Positions 26,055 to 39,675 of a stretch of DNA of 64,000 nt are shown in pieces. The translations under genes and the position numbers were made by a program. Location: positions 35,598,304 through 35,662,303 of the forward strand of contig NC_092671.1 in NCBI RefSeq assembly GCF_964355755.1, given 5' to 3'. Under the pieces are notes generated by a model that saw nothing but the letters and a program-made list of their open reading frames with translations, was not told where the DNA came from and searched no databases. Numbering within the stretch: position 1 is the stretch's first letter; each line of letters opens with the position of its first letter. The stretch comes from Antedon mediterranea (Eukaryota > Animalia > Echinodermata).

Positions 26055-26512
26055 CTGTGCCCAGAAATAAAAATTCGTTCATTTTTATTCCGTTATTGTA
26101 TATATACGATGTAAACTGGATGTATTTCGGTAATGAATAATTTGTGTTAATTGACATTATTAATGATGTATACCTTTTAAGGGTTTAAATAAAAATATGT
26201 TAATAGGATCTGTGCCCAGAAAATAAAAATTCGTTCATTTTTATTCCTTTATTGTATACGATGTCACCTGGATGTATTTCGGTAATGAATAATTTGTGTT
26301 AATTGACATTATTAATGATGTATACCTTTTAAGGGTTTAAATAAAAATATGTTAATAGGATCTGTGCCCAGAAATAAAAATTCGTTCATTTTTATTCCTT
26401 TATTGTATTGATGTCACCTGGATGTATTTCGGTAATGAATAATTTGTGTTAATTGGCATAATTAATCATGTATACCTTTTTAAAAGTGTTTAAATGAAAA
26501 TATGTTAATATG
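26055..26512. repeat. Tandem repeat of about 153 bp x3
   Basis: CTGTGCCCAGAAA(A)TAAAAATTCGTTC starts at 26055, 26210 and 26362, with near-identical bodies. Confidence 0.92.
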
Positions 26513-26640
26513 ATTGTGTTGTTAATTATTCAGTGTATTGCACATACATATCGATTTTTCCCTGACATTCAGTGTCATCTGTGGAACAGTATATTAAGTT
26601 GCAGTGTATTTCATTATTGAATTATGTGCGCATAAAAGAG

Positions 26641-26775
26641 AGCTATTTCTATTTATGTGACAGAAAGATATAGACATGATGTTGTCATATCACTACCATA
26701 TTTGGACATAAACTACCATATTTCGGCACATAGCACATTTTTTTGTCAAACTAGTTTGATAGTGTAGACAGAGCT
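26641..26775. mobile_element. MITE family A, left end decayed
   Basis: Intact right TIR GTTTGATAGTGTAGACAGAGCT|TTA. Confidence 0.75.
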
Positions 26776-27073
26776 TTATAGTGTGCATCGTAACCGGTTA
26801 AATATTACATTATACATTACAGTATGGACATACCTATTCAGAGGACAACTATTTTAGGAGATACTTTCCCGTGAAGCGAACGAGGGAAAGTATAGCCTAC
26901 ATGTTTTATATTATCGGTCAATCTCTATAGGAAACATCGCTATTGCATAATGTACACTTTGTTGGGTCACGAAACTGCCCCTTTATGTAGATTATAGGTC
27001 AATTTACACCGACAGTGATAAAAATATGGAATCTTGGTTATTATATTATTCTTTATGACGATTTACGGTTTCC

Positions 27074-27265
27074 GGGCCTTTCACACCTGCTCCGGCACGG
27101 TTCCGGTCCGGCGACGGCAAATCCAATCGAACGTCAATGTTTCGTTTTTACGCGGCTACGCGCATATCGATTGGTGCTTGGCCGCGTGATGGAGCGTCGT
27201 GAAAACGAAACATTGGCGTTCGATTCGCCGGACCGGAAGCGTGCCGGAACAGGTGTGAAAGACCC
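27074..27265. mobile_element. GC-rich palindromic Harbinger-like MITE
   Basis: GGGCCTTTCACACCTGCTCCGGCACGGTTCCGGTCCGGCGA ... TCGCCGGACCGGAAGCGTGCCGGAACAGGTGTGAAAGACCC|TTA. Confidence 0.8.
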
Positions 27266-28035
27266 TTAATACGTGAGATAAGCTACGCCGCTTACCGTTA
27301 CCGCTCGTCTGTATAAATTAGCCTTAAGATTCACAGAAAAAAGACAATGTGTAATTATCTCATTGGACAAAAACAATATTATATTATCCGTTAAAGGGTT
27401 TTAGTTTTTCCTGTAAAGACCAGAGCTTTTAGAAGATAATGTGTGTTATTTTTTTTACTAAATCATTTAATGACGCTCCATCAATAAGTAGGCCTAATTC
27501 CGAAGCGTGTCTGTATGCCATGTATAGTTTATTATAATAGTCAATCGATCTCTTTCGAGTGGACATTTGTTTGAAATTCTGTTTATTCACTGCTTATATT
27601 TCAAACGCAAAATATCACGAGACCTATATTATGTGATGTCCTTTTGTAAAAAGTGTTAGTAAAATTAATGCCTCTCGGATATTGTGTACGATAAAACGCA
27701 CACTTGTTCGTTTTACCGCATCAAAAAGTCGTGCGTGTGACGTACAGTAAAGTTTCAAACGAATTTACAAATGGATGATGTGCGGTATTGGTATTGTCAA
27801 TCGAAAACAAATGAGCACAAAACGTTCCACTGACCATTCAATTACATAATGTATGTGTTAGCACAACTTAATATAGTTATCATTCTTATCAAAATGTTTA
27901 ACAAATTGCTAATGATTAAAAATACCAATTTGCAAAGATACAATTCGTCATCATTAATGTTTGCTCTTGGCATATTTCCATTACATTTTCAAGGGTAATC
28001 ATTTGCACGTGAACTGTGTCAATAATGTTGACCTG

Positions 28036-28754
28036 TTTTTAGTCGCGTGGAAGCGACTCTATAGTTCACTATGTCGGTCGGTCGGTCTGTCGGTCTGTCG
28101 GTCCGGTATCACTATGCGTTTTATCGCTTTCTGACCTTATCTTGATATCAGTTTAATCTAGCTAAGTCAATTTTTCACAGTATATTCCTTATGGCCAGGA
28201 ATCGATGTGGTTATGTTTTCACGGTGCGCATTAAAAAATTACGCGGTCTACGCACGATTTAACGAAATCACGTTTGTAATCATATCTTCACAACCGTGAA
28301 TCACAATGAAATAAAATTTGATACTCATAAATTTCAGGGCATAAATCATCATATGGCAATACAATTACGTGCGTAGCGCATGTAACGCATGCGTACGCGC
28401 GCTTAAAATTTTCAAAATTTATTTTCGACGAAGTAAGAGTACGTTTCAGGCAATTTTAAGCGTTTACAAAATTGCCATGAGTGCGCAGATTTTTGCGCGC
28501 GCACTGCGCGTTAAATGTTGTTGCGCACTCTTTTTGCCCGATTTCTGTTTTCTTGACTTACTTTTCAACTCGAAATTACGTTATACGAGCACGTCAAAAG
28601 TGACAGGCTACGCACGTGTAAATTAAAAAAATATAACTGTTTTTAAACATTTCAACATTTTTAAACATTTTCAGTAATTTCGGTCAGTTGGTAGGTTGGT
28701 CGGTCGGTCGGTAAACACTAAGCACGCGACTGCAGCCATCTATATGGCCTTGTT
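28036..28754 (+). mobile_element. Full-length (about 720 bp) Helentron/DINE-1-like element, family C
   Basis: 5' T-run plus AGTCGCGTGGAAGCGACT hairpin, (GTCG/GTCT)n, sub-terminal CACGCGACT, 3' stem-loop GCCATCTATATGGC then CTTGTT; no TSD. A near-identical inverted copy lies at 41057-41784. Confidence 0.85.
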
Positions 28755-30724
28755 CTTTCTGTTTGTGATCCACGTTACGCCCTCTATGTCGTAAACATTT
28801 ACGCGCTACTACGGCAAGCAGTCGATTGTTTTGCGCTCAATTTAAATGTATGTTTAAACACGTGTTACGTCTGCTTAAACTTCAAGTGTAGGGAAAGTAG
28901 TATGTTTCTAAACGTTAAAAAAAACCAGTAATTATTCTGCTGTAATATTCTTTCTTCGCCTTAACCTTGAGTGTTATTATCTATTTCAATTGAATTGATC
29001 ATTATTTCTTCCTCTCTTGATCTTCTGACTCTGACACGTGACATACATAATATTGTGTTTGTAGATGTTATCATAGAGGGACTATTGCTTTTTTTTCATA
29101 AACATAACTCGTGCTGTAAAAAAACTCAACTAATTTGAAAAAAAAACCAAATAAGGCTTAGGTTTTTTAAGGTTTAGGCTAATGTTTTCCAGTCCCTTAC
29201 TTTTTTTGTCGTTTACATACGTGCGTATTCATCAAACTCGTGTGAATACTAATTTTTGTAAGTGGCTCTTACCGGTACAGTATGTACGTTATGCTCTAGG
29301 CACTGCCACTATGTACATGTTTTGTAGTTGTGAGTAGTTTCATTATTTGTCTTCATCAAATTTGTTTCGGCATCAATCTTTTCTTATTTTTTTTGACGTA
29401 GTAAGTTATTTATTCTTATTGAAAATGTATTATCAAGGAAAGAATTGTGTGGGCCTAAGTATAGAATAATCACGTAACCGTTATTATACTTTGTTTTACA
29501 GTACGTCTAAAGGATTTGTTTTTTAATTTAAAAAAATGTATATAATATACCATGATACACCAGCCCATGTTTAACTAATCCCAGCTTTACAAGGAGGAGC
29601 CAATTCACTACAAGCTATGCTTTCATTTAGGCTCATCCTAATTTAAATTACAGGAATTAGCAAAAATTAAATAAAATGAAATTTATGAACTATTTATTTA
29701 TTTTATTTTATTTTATTTATTTCCTTTATTGCATCAAGTAAACAGTGATGAAGTTGACATAAATATAATAGTAAATATATAAAGAAAAACATAGTATAAC
29801 ACAGACCAAACAAGTTACTAAAAATATCACAAATCAGCCATCATAGTACATCCAGTAACACAAACCAAAAGGGGTTCACAATTTGCTTATCATAACTCAG
29901 TTACTGATCATTCACCAATCATTGAAAACTCCGTGGAAAGTAATGAAGTTTTTTGTGCGTTGTGTCCTGACTTTGGGGAGGGTGAACGATCTAACTATGT
30001 TGCGGTTCTCATATAGGCTCTGTCTTCGAATATTATTGTTTATATGTTGACTAATGAATACATTATTAATGTTATTATTAGAAAATTAAAATAACTTATA
30101 ATTCTATTTTTGTTAATTGTGTTTATTTGAGAAGATAATGAGTGGAGCCTAGTTACCAAATCGACGTATTTGGAATTCGATATGATTTTTCTAGCCAGTA
30201 ATCTGGAAAAGAGCATTTGCGTCTGAAGAAATCAAATAAAAAGCAATTACTAACCTAGTAATCTTGTTCTTAATCCAGAAAGGTCAGTTCTTGTTAACAT
30301 CACTAAGAGGAGACCGAAATACAAACAAATCTCTAATCCGATTTCAGAAGATATAATCATATCAGTGAACACACACATATATTGACACACTAACCTGCTT
30401 TATTGTTACATAGAAATTATTTAAAATATATATTTGTTTTTCGTTTCGTTTTTAGTTTACATGCAATATCCGGACATTTAATGACGTCACAATCAAAACT
30501 ATAAATATCTTTCCTGACGAAGTCTCCCTGACAGGTAGATGGATATTTTGAATACAAACACAAGTAAGGGATTTATAATTAGTTATCATTACATAAATGT
30601 TAAAAAAAGTCGTGCGTAACAACTCATTTTGATGGGCTTGATATAAAGGTATCGTATCGTGTGTGTTAACTTTTAAATAATTTGTTTTAAAGAAAATCAC
30701 TGATATTGTCAATAAACTGTGATT

Positions 30725-31160
30725 TCTTAAAAATATTTTGTACCCACTTTTCCACACATTTAGCCTTAAACATGTTTAGACATGAACATGTTTTTAAATA
30801 CATTTTAAACATGTAGTCTGTATCCAACTCAACACATCAGTGACGTGTTGATTGTTGACATGTGGAGCAATATAAAGAAACGTTTAGGTTTTAAACGTGT
30901 TTAATTTGTCATGTGCGGAGCTCATGTGTGGAGCTTTTTTCCACCATAGTAAAAGCGTATGCACGCAACGCTAAACACGTACCAAAACATGTTGACTGAA
31001 CATAACAGTAACATGTTGACTGCTAAGGAAAACAACATGTAGCCATGAACACGTTTAGGGTTGAAACACGCTAAACATGTAACTACGTGTTTAAAAGCTT
31101 AATGTGTGGAAAAAGTGGGTACAAAATGTTTGTTTAAGATCTAATACTATATTTACAATG
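30725..31160. mobile_element. Family D copy
   Basis: ATTTTGTACCCACTTTTTCCACAC...GTGTGGAAAAAGTGGGTACAAAAT...AGATCTAATACTATATTTACAATG. Confidence 0.8.
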
Positions 31161-31731
31161 AGTGTACGGGACTGTTGAAAAAAAACTACCGTAAATAACT
31201 ATACTTAACACAGTAGGTCTAAATCATGATCTTTCTAATTGATGTAAAGTATTCATAATGTAATTATCACGTAACAATTTAAAACATTAATTAAAATCAC
31301 TAACTGTGACAAATGTCTTGCCTCCAGATGATCATGAACTTGTCAAAATGCGTTGAAAATTGCTATTAATGTCAATAATTATTAATGCTAAAAAGAATGC
31401 ATTTCGTCTCGAGGGAGACATTTTAAACTTTGTGTATAATTGTTGGCGAAATTAACTCGTTAGGGTGAATATCACAAGTCCTCGTAATGCGTAAAAGAAA
31501 TCATTATTGAGCAATTTTTCTCCTTTTAATTTCATTTCAATTAACCATTTACGGTTTCAGTGTAAATCACTGTTTGTGCGTTTGAATAGCATTCATTTGC
31601 AATTTCAATCTTACGGCAATTACGTGAATTTAGCATAATCTAATCGGTTCAAGATATTTTATTTACAGTTTGGGAATCACATGTATTCGACTTGACCCTT
31701 GACTTGACCCTTGACTTGACCCTTCCTTTAA

Positions 31732-32040
31732 AGATGTATTGTCGCCCTAAACAGAAAAGATGAAGGTTAATTAAAGCAGAGTAGTTTTAATAAAGTTGAT
31801 CACTTCTGTATAAAAAAAACGATAAAATAATGTTTTTATTTATAAAATGACAAAATAAATCAAAAAAACAAAAATCCATTGGCTGGCAGCCAATTTGACT
31901 ACTTTTTTGCTTTAAATTTTTTCAGGTACATAATTTGTTTTCGATCTAATTTTGGGTCAAAGTGGATAACCATTATGTGACATTAAAATGGTATATAAAA
32001 AAAATAATTAAATAATTAGTTTTTCAGTGTGCATACATCT
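31732..32040 (-). mobile_element. Kolobok-like TTAA element
   Basis: TTAA|AGATGTATTGTC ... ATACATCT|ATAA; the body is the reverse complement of 53392-53710. Confidence 0.7.
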
Positions 32041-32728
32041 ATAATGTGAATTGTAACATAATATATTTAGAATTCAGTTTTTTAATCCAGTGCAAACAGT
32101 TTGCTATTTATACTAAATCCACATTAATTACGCGGAGCTTAAACACACTTGGATACCGTATACCTGTTCAGTTATAAGTTCGGTTTAAAGTTCACCAGCT
32201 TGCCGGATCAATCAACGCCCTATCAAATTATATTGTGTCAATTATTATGTTTCAATGTGTTTTAACATTTTACGCGGACTTATCTCTCTTAGCACATTTG
32301 TTATAAATCTACTTGGACTGACTGAGAGAGAATAAATATAATTAAGTCTCATTCAATCATCGATACACTTATAGGCAATTCATTAATCTTTATTCTTTCG
32401 TCAGTTTGCAATTTAGAAGATGATTATCAATGGATTGTCAATTTTTAACCGACAGTAATAACTCTCGGCCGTCCAGATTCTGATAAAGAAAAATCGGTGT
32501 ATTAAATCTTGTTGATACCAATTTCAATTCCTAGATAAAGTGCAATAAAGCAAATAAGTTAAAAAAACATTGTGATTGTGAATCGTTCTAAATTAAATCA
32601 ATTCACACATGCTCCACAACTTCCTTTTACAAGAATCAGTACTATAGTTTCTTCTTCCACCAAGCTGAGGCTAACATGTTCTGATTTCTGTTCAACAGGA
32701 CTGACTTAAAGAGCATTTACTTGATAGA

Positions 32729-32812
32729 ACTCGATAGCTAGGCCTACTAATTGAGACTCGATAGCTAGGCCTACTAATTGAGACTCGATAGCTAGGCCTA
32801 CTAATTGAGACT
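32729..32812. repeat. 27-bp unit x3 (ACTCGATAGCTAGGCCTACTAATTGAG)
   Basis: Direct tandem copies. Confidence 0.92.
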
Positions 32813-33955
32813 CTACGCTAAGTTTTCCTAGAATTATGCTCTGATTATATTATTTAGTCTATGTTGCACTCAAAATAAAAAAAACCACTTTTAAATATTG
32901 ACTATTAGTATTTTCAAGTACTACTTACTGAAGCACGAGCAGTCTGACCCTGGTTCTCCATTTTATTATTATTAAATTGTGGAGTGTTTTCAAGAACTTT
33001 AATTAAATTACCTGAATCTGTAAATAAATTAAACTTACAAGAACACAATCTTTATGATTAGCTAAAATAACTATTCCATATTCCACAATTTTTTCATTTT
33101 TTTGTATAATTATAATGTTTTAGCACCGAGATCAGGAGGCCTGGAAGTGAACACGACTATATAGAAACTATAAGAAATGTCTGTGTATAAACTCAGCTAA
33201 TTTTTTATTTAAGATACTGTAATGTTTTTTTGGTCAGAATTTTTCAAACCGTTCACACCGCATTATATTTTATTTTCTCCAGTATTGTAACTAAGTTCAA
33301 TGTTGGTGGCGCTATTGCCAAACTCTTCCGTTCTTATACAGTTATTGTTTCTGGTAAATTATATTTTACGAATGAATGTATTTTTTGTTTTATATTATGT
33401 GCACTTTGATAATAATAATAATAATAATAATATAGGTAGGCCCATAGTTTGTTTTTACTGCGTGACGTACGTGGATTTAATATAATTATTATAATAGAAT
33501 AATCCAATATCTACCGGGGCAGAACTCCACTAACGAATATTCTCAGCACAGACAGAGCGTTTAATCCCAAAAGTGATATATCAACTTATATGACAAAACG
33601 TTGTTTTGCTAGTATTGGGAATCTAAATCGATAGCCTTAACATTAATGTAAGTGGAGTAAATCATTATTCTGTCGTAGCTAAATCATCAGTAACATTTCT
33701 ATGGCAACTAATCTACGCTGGCTTACACCTAGAATCAAATTATTAATCATTTAATGTTAGGTGTTAATGCTATGTTTTCCATAATTCTATTCTCATCATG
33801 AGATTGTATAGGATGATGGTGTATAATTATAGCAATATGGTACCAATCGTCCAACATAAGGAAGAGTGTGGTTACCCTGGTTAAAACACGTTTTCTTTTT
33901 AATTTCAGGGCTCAATAAGTACTTTTTTGTTTTATAACCACATCATAATTTTTAC

Positions 33956-34893
33956 TTTTTAGTTGGTCATAATATACGTCTAATTCCTTGCTTTTTAGTT
34001 GGTCATACGTCTAATTGCTTGCTTTTTTAGTTGGTCATACGTCTAATTCCTTGCTTTTTTAGTTGGTCATACGTCTAATTCCTTGCTTTTTAGTTGGTCA
34101 TACATCTAATTGCTTGCTTTTTTAGTTGGTCATACATCTAATTGCTTGCTTTTTTAGTTGGTCATACATCTAATTGCTTGCTTTTTTAGTTGGTCATACG
34201 TCTAATTGCTTGCTTTTTTAGTTGGTCATACATCTAATTGCTTGCTTTTTTAGTTGGTCATACATCTAATTGCTTGCTTTTTTAGTTGGTCATACGTCTA
34301 ATTGCTTGCTTTTTTAGTTGGTCATACGTCTAATTCCTTGCTTTTTTAGTTGGTCATACGTCTAATTCCTTGCTTTTTAGTTGGTCATACATCTAATTGC
34401 TTGCTTTTTTAGTTGGTCATACATCTAATTGCTTGCTTTTTTAGTTGGTCATACATCTAATTGCTTGCTTTTTTAGTTGGTCATACATCTAATTGCTTGC
34501 TTTTTTAGTTGGTCATACATATAATTGCTTGCTTTTTTAGTTGGTCATACATCTAATTGCTTGCTTTTTTAGTTGGTCATACGTCTAATTGCTTGCTTTT
34601 TTAGTTGGTCATACATCTAATTGCTTGCTTTTTTAGTTGGTCATACATCTAATTGCTTGCTTTCTTAGTTGGTCATACATCTAATTGCTTGCTTTTTTAG
34701 TTGGTCATACGTCTAATTGCTTGCTTTTTTAGTTGGTCATACGTCTAATTGCTTGCTTTTTTAGTTGGTCATACATCTAATTGCTTGCTTTTTTAGTTGG
34801 TCATACGTCTAATTGCTTGCTTTTTTAGTTGGTCATACGTCTAATTGCTTGCTTTTTTAGTTGGTCATACATCTAATTGCTTGCTTTTTAGTT
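33956..34893. repeat. 32-bp minisatellite TTTTTTAGTTGGTCATAC(A/G)TCTAATT(G/C)CTTGC, about 29 copies
   Basis: Tandem units with a few recurring variant positions. Confidence 0.97.
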
Positions 34894-35615
34894 TGCCATA
34901 AGTCTACTTAATTCCCTGCATAATTTTCTTTTTCGAAATCTTGACATCCTGACAAAATGTCCCACAAACATTAGTTGTGTAATATAATAGGTACAGTACG
35001 CTGTAATATTCTTAAGGTTAGAAACTGCTATTAGTGTCAGTACAATTTAGATTTTACAGAAATGGTTTAAACTATAATAATCAAAAGCCTAATTGTTTGA
35101 GCACCTATTGTTATTAGTACTATATTAGTATGATTCAGTTAATTACATTTACTCAACCGATATGGAAATGTCTCATTTCTCTAATATCGATTCGAATTCT
35201 CCTCTTGAATAAACGCCAGCATCAACGACGCAAGGGGTATGGTAGTTAGTCTTGCATTATTACCCCTATATACAGTTGATACCTGGTACACTTCTTATAT
35301 CGTAATACTCTACGGAAATTAGGCTATATTATTATTATTCATGACCTAGCTGTTATAACTTTCTAGAACCGAAGGCCATACGGGTTCCACATTCTGTATG
35401 TTAAATCGTACGTGTTTAGAATATTTATTTTTATCATGAGCAATTCTTTCTACGGTTTTCAAAATTCTTGTTCCTCCCCTGAGCGTGGAATACTTATGCC
35501 AAATGTGTCGGATTGCTTTATTGTGAGTGGGCTATGATAATCTCTGAATGTCTTATGGCTGTTGATGGTATGGTGCAGTACAGACGTCCGTCATATTTGG
35601 GATGTCGAAGTTTTA

Positions 35616-35710
35616 AGCTCTGTCTAGGCCTACACTATCAAAGTAGTTTGCCAAAAAAAGTGTGATCACATTTTTTTTGTCACATAAAGTTTGATAGTGT
35701 AGACAAAGCT
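35616..35710. mobile_element. MITE family A, short copy with TAGGCC inserted in the left TIR
   Basis: AGCTCTGTC-TAGGCC-TACACTATC versus the family consensus AGCTCTGTCTACACTATC. Confidence 0.85.
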
Positions 35711-36479
35711 TAAGTTTAGACGATCCTTCCAATTATGAGACGCTTAGTTTGATAAGCTTCTTATCAAGTTTTTAGAAGATATACTTGAATAACATTGACA
35801 AGACAAAACAAAAGAGAAAATCAGGATAAACCTTTAAAGAAGATCAAATAACATTTATTCAATAAGCTTGTTTTCATTATCATCATCTTCGTCTAAAATT
35901 AGCATAGACGTATCTAAATTCTGCATACGCAAATCGAAACCTTAAAAATACTTTTTACATCAGCAATAATTAAAGTGTTTTGGTAGTCAACGTCAGTGAA
36001 TCAGAAATAGCTCGTAATTTTCACGCGTATCTTAATCACGTGATCACTAATTGTCGCATGGAGTTTAAATATAAGCGTATAATGCACATTACCAGTCTTA
36101 ATAATATAAAACTCCCAGTACATTAAACAATTGTGCAGTCTGAGGTAAGCCTAATAGTGTCTTTCGACTCGCAATTAGTTTTTTCCAGGCAGAAAATATT
36201 TTATATACGTAACAACAGCAATACATGGAATTGGATGGATTAAAGGACCATGCGCATTATATAAATGGAACTTAACGGAGAACTTACTGTCCGTTTAATG
36301 AGGTGAACTGTCTTTGAATTCACGTTTGATAAACATTGAATCCACTGACATACAAAAAGAAATAATAGATTTATGTTGATGAAGCAAATTTATCAGCAGC
36401 CTATGTAAAGAAGGCTAAATTGTTTTCAAAATATTATTATGTTTAGAAGATTTAGTGGAGGTTATTTGACAATCACCTT

Positions 36480-36746
36480 TCTTGCCTAATGGTTGTTTTC
36501 TTACTAGGCTAGGAGGCACCAGATCCCTGAAAAGATCAAGACTTAACCGATTCTAACTGGGGTACTTACACACTGTTCCTCAGTTAGCGGTGATGGTGTA
36601 TCCCCATACTCCGGGGTTGGGTGGGTGCTAGCTTAATGTTTTTTTGTCTTTTTGTTCTCTTACTTTTTTTTCCACTCGTTCTCTTTATTGTCGAGCGCAT
36701 AGAGACATCGTTTATTTGCGCTAAATAAATCTATCTATTATTATAA
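36480..36746 (+). mobile_element. Probable SINE/LINE remnant with an L2-type 3' tail
   Basis: A GC-richer body ends TTGTCGAGCGCATAGAGAC...TGCGCTAAATAAATCTATCTATTATTAT. The 5' boundary is uncertain. Confidence 0.45.
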
Positions 36747-37719
36747 CAATAATTAACAATTTAGAAACCTGAACATATAATTATTATTTTTAAATTAGTA
36801 AATACAGCCATTGATAACTAGGTTTCTTAATTTAGCATAGTGCACAGGTATCTCATAACGATTTCTTCTTACCAGTTTTTTTTGCATGGCTGGCGTTTCA
36901 TAGATATTCTAGTCAGCCGCTTCTGTGCTAAGGTTTGAACTTCACTAATTTATCCCACGTCTTATTATAGCATCTCACATTACACCACCCACCCCCATTT
37001 TTCATTTCTTTACATTCCATCCTGTCACTTGATCAAGATAAAGTTGTTTTCACTTTTCTTGTATTTTTCCGCGGGACGTGTTTGCAGGACTTTCTAAAAT
37101 TAAAAGCATCACCATTTTCGTTTTGATGTTGTTGAGTTACTGTAGGCCTAGCTAGCAAACATGGAATTACATTATAACGATGTCTATTTATAAACAAAAC
37201 CCAGAGAGATTAGACACAATCATTGCGATGTACCACACTGATGATCTTCTAACTAGCCGCCAAAACGAGGTGACGATGATTGGCCAGAAGTTCGATGAAC
37301 CAGGTCAACCGTGACGATTCTTGATTGGTGGAACGCTGCTTCACTCTTGCCTGACGATATACAGCGGTTATAATAATAATAAGCTCTGTGGCTACATATG
37401 AAATTATGGGAACTATTAGCATTATGAATTTAATATATCTTTGGGATTATTGTGGTATTTCGTTTTATTCACGTCTTTATGTCTGTCTGTTCTAAATCGT
37501 TCAAATATTTGTACGCTCTTCTTTTATCTGATATCTCAATATAATTTCCAATTTCTTTGAACTTAATTAGCGATTTTACTGTTTTTATTTATGTATTTAC
37601 TATATTTATGAAAATGGCCCAGCAGAGAAGTGGGAACATTTTAATAATAAATAAATAAAGTGTAAACAATTCTTTTTATTAAACCAATTACAAGAGATTA
37701 GATTGGTAAATACCTTCTT

Positions 37720-37767
37720 TTCTTGACGGTTTCGTTGTTCCTTTCACGTACAACTTCTTCAGAAGAA
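37720..37767 (-). ncRNA. Minimal type I hammerhead ribozyme motif (Penelope-associated type)
   Basis: Minus strand: TTCTT-CTGAAGA-A-GTTGT(acgtgaaagga)ACAAC-GAAA-CC-GTC-AAGAA. Stem I is TTCTT/AAGAA, the CUGANGA and GAAA cores are intact, and there is a GUC cleavage triplet. Confidence 0.7.
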
Positions 37768-38524
37768 TGACTACCTGTAACTTTGTGGTATTATAATATA
37801 ATAATTATAATATAATATTTAAAACAAAATATCACCATGGTATCATATTACACGTTGAAAGTGCAAGCAAACCACTTGTTTAAATTTTCTTTTGCGGAAT
37901 TTTTGTTGCCTTTTTACTAAAGTGTAACCGTGACATTTATGTTGTTATAGAGATATTCATATAATAATGCCATTAAATATTCCATTAAATATTGATTTGA
38001 TTTTTATCTATAACGTCTATACGCATTTAGATTATCAACATGCATATTTTTATTGGAATGCATTGTAGCGGTTCCCCATTTATTACCTAATATCCCCCAA
38101 CAATAATATCATACGTACCCTGATGATAATCATAAAGCATTAATAAGTTAATTCGGTGAAATCGGTGGGACAGCGTCCTTGCTATAAAAATACGTTTCAT
38201 TGCCTACGGTATCGGAAATTCTGAACATACCTGGGAAATTGGATATATAAGCACTGAGGCAATATTCCCCGTTCTGTCTCATTAATCTCAGGTAGATCAT
38301 CGCATTATGTTTACTTTTACATAATTGAGTAAAAAGCAGACAAGAAAGCATATTAGTCATTAGTTATATTATCAAGTCTTTGAAGATTGAGAGATATGTA
38401 TTTTTAGATCTGATATTGACTGCCAATTTTTATTGTGGTTTTATGGGCAAAGATTCAGTAATATAATTTTAAAATAATGTGTGTTTTTAGAATATATAGA
38501 TATAGTGTCAGCCGTAGTGACTCA

Positions 38525-38621
38525 TTTTTAGTTCACTATGTCGGTTGGTCGGTCTGTCGGTCTGTCTGTCGGTCCGGTATCACTATGCGTTTTAACACGC
38601 GACTTATGGCTGTTGGCCTTG
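38525..38621 (+). mobile_element. Short HINE family C copy lacking the 5' hairpin
   Basis: TTTTTAGTTCACTATGTCGG...CACGCGACTTATGGCTGTTGGCCTTG; the deletion falls between two TAG trinucleotides. Confidence 0.8.
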
Positions 38622-39126
38622 CTATCGTGTTATTCTCGCTTTAGTTCCTAAGAAAATATTAGTACAGTACTTAGTTTTCTGATTTACTGCAAATAAAATT
38701 GATTCGACATTTACATATTATTTACTTTTACTCAATTTAAAATGATGTTATTCTTTATCTAGAATAACATTTATCTCGTCTTATGTAAATATTTTGTATG
38801 AAAATATTAAGCTTTTCTAGTTTTTGAAGAAGCAAGGGAATAATAATGTATCTTGGTACAAGGGTAATCTCCTTTGGATTTCTGAAGGAAACATTACGCA
38901 GTTTGTTTTGCTGCGTGATGCTCCAATCTGCGGCTCTTAAGTATTTCAACCTCTTGAGTCAATGTCTCTCGAAATATATGCTAGGATGCTTAAATGTAAT
39001 CTGTTAAATCATGTACCATCCTCAGAACATACTTAAATATTTGATTATAAGATAATTTCTTGTCAATTAAATGTAATTCAAAAAACAAATCTTGAAAGCT
39101 CTTTCGTAATTTTGAACCTTGCAATA

Positions 39127-39307
39127 AGGTTTATTGCAAATAGCTTGATTTCGCGAGGAACTTCATTACACAATGCATGATGGGAAGGGTTTGGCAGCAA
39201 ACGTAACGACGCGTAAGTACAAACAACAAATCACGTACGTGCGCGTCGTGACATTTGCTCCCAAACCCTTCCTATCATGCGTCGCGCACGCTATTTGCAA
39301 TAAACCT
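39127..39307. mobile_element. Palindromic TA-flanked MITE family E; partial copies at about 2032-2090 and 48253-48396
   Basis: TA|AGGTTTATTGCAAATAGC ... GCTATTTGCAATAAACCT|TA, with an internal inverted repeat GCATGATGGGAAGGGTTTGG. Confidence 0.85.
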
Positions 39308-39494
39308 TATAAAGCACTGTTGAGTTTATTTGAATATTTGAAAGTTTTCCTGTGTTTATATTATATATGCCTAAAGTAATCGAATAACATGCAGTAATAC
39401 TGAATGAGGTAAAGTATATCTAAACAATATTCGTAAAATGTTATATGTTAAATGTATTTCGTGTACGTTGTAACATCCGTAGTAGGCCTACTAA

Positions 39495-39675
39495 AGCGTG
39501 GTTCCCACTAGCGACGCAACGCAAGGACGTAACGCAACGCAAGTGAATTGACCAATCACAAGCGATGGCTTATTCGCTTGTGATTGCTAACTGTCTATAA
39601 CTTCGCTTATCATTGGTTAAAACGCTTGCGTTGCGTTTACGTCCTTGCGTTATACGTTCTAGTGGGAACCAAGCT
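39495..39675. mobile_element. PIF/Harbinger MITE family B, complete
   Basis: TAA|AGCGTGGTTCCCACTAG ... CTAGTGGGAACCAAGCT|TAA, a perfect 3-bp TAA target duplication. Confidence 0.9.

Noticed and set aside
26055-26512. Shared period of about 151-155 bp with the tRNA array as a nucleosome-phasing system
   Set aside because: The two arrays are unrelated in sequence and have only three units each; coincidence cannot be excluded.
28369-28626. ORFs within repeats (also 41310-41525, 42669-42887, 43056-43283, 27015-27269, 39173-39379)
   Set aside because: They lie in non-autonomous elements, show no transposase, helicase or RT motifs, and recur only because the repeat recurs.
30513-30545. CCTGACGAAGTCTCCCTGACAGGTAGAT as a third hammerhead
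   Set aside because: It has CUGACGA and a weak stem II but no GAAA, cleavage triplet or stem I.
33956-34893. CRISPR-like appearance of 32-bp repeats
   Set aside because: The units are directly adjacent with no unique spacers, there are no cas genes, and the context is eukaryotic.
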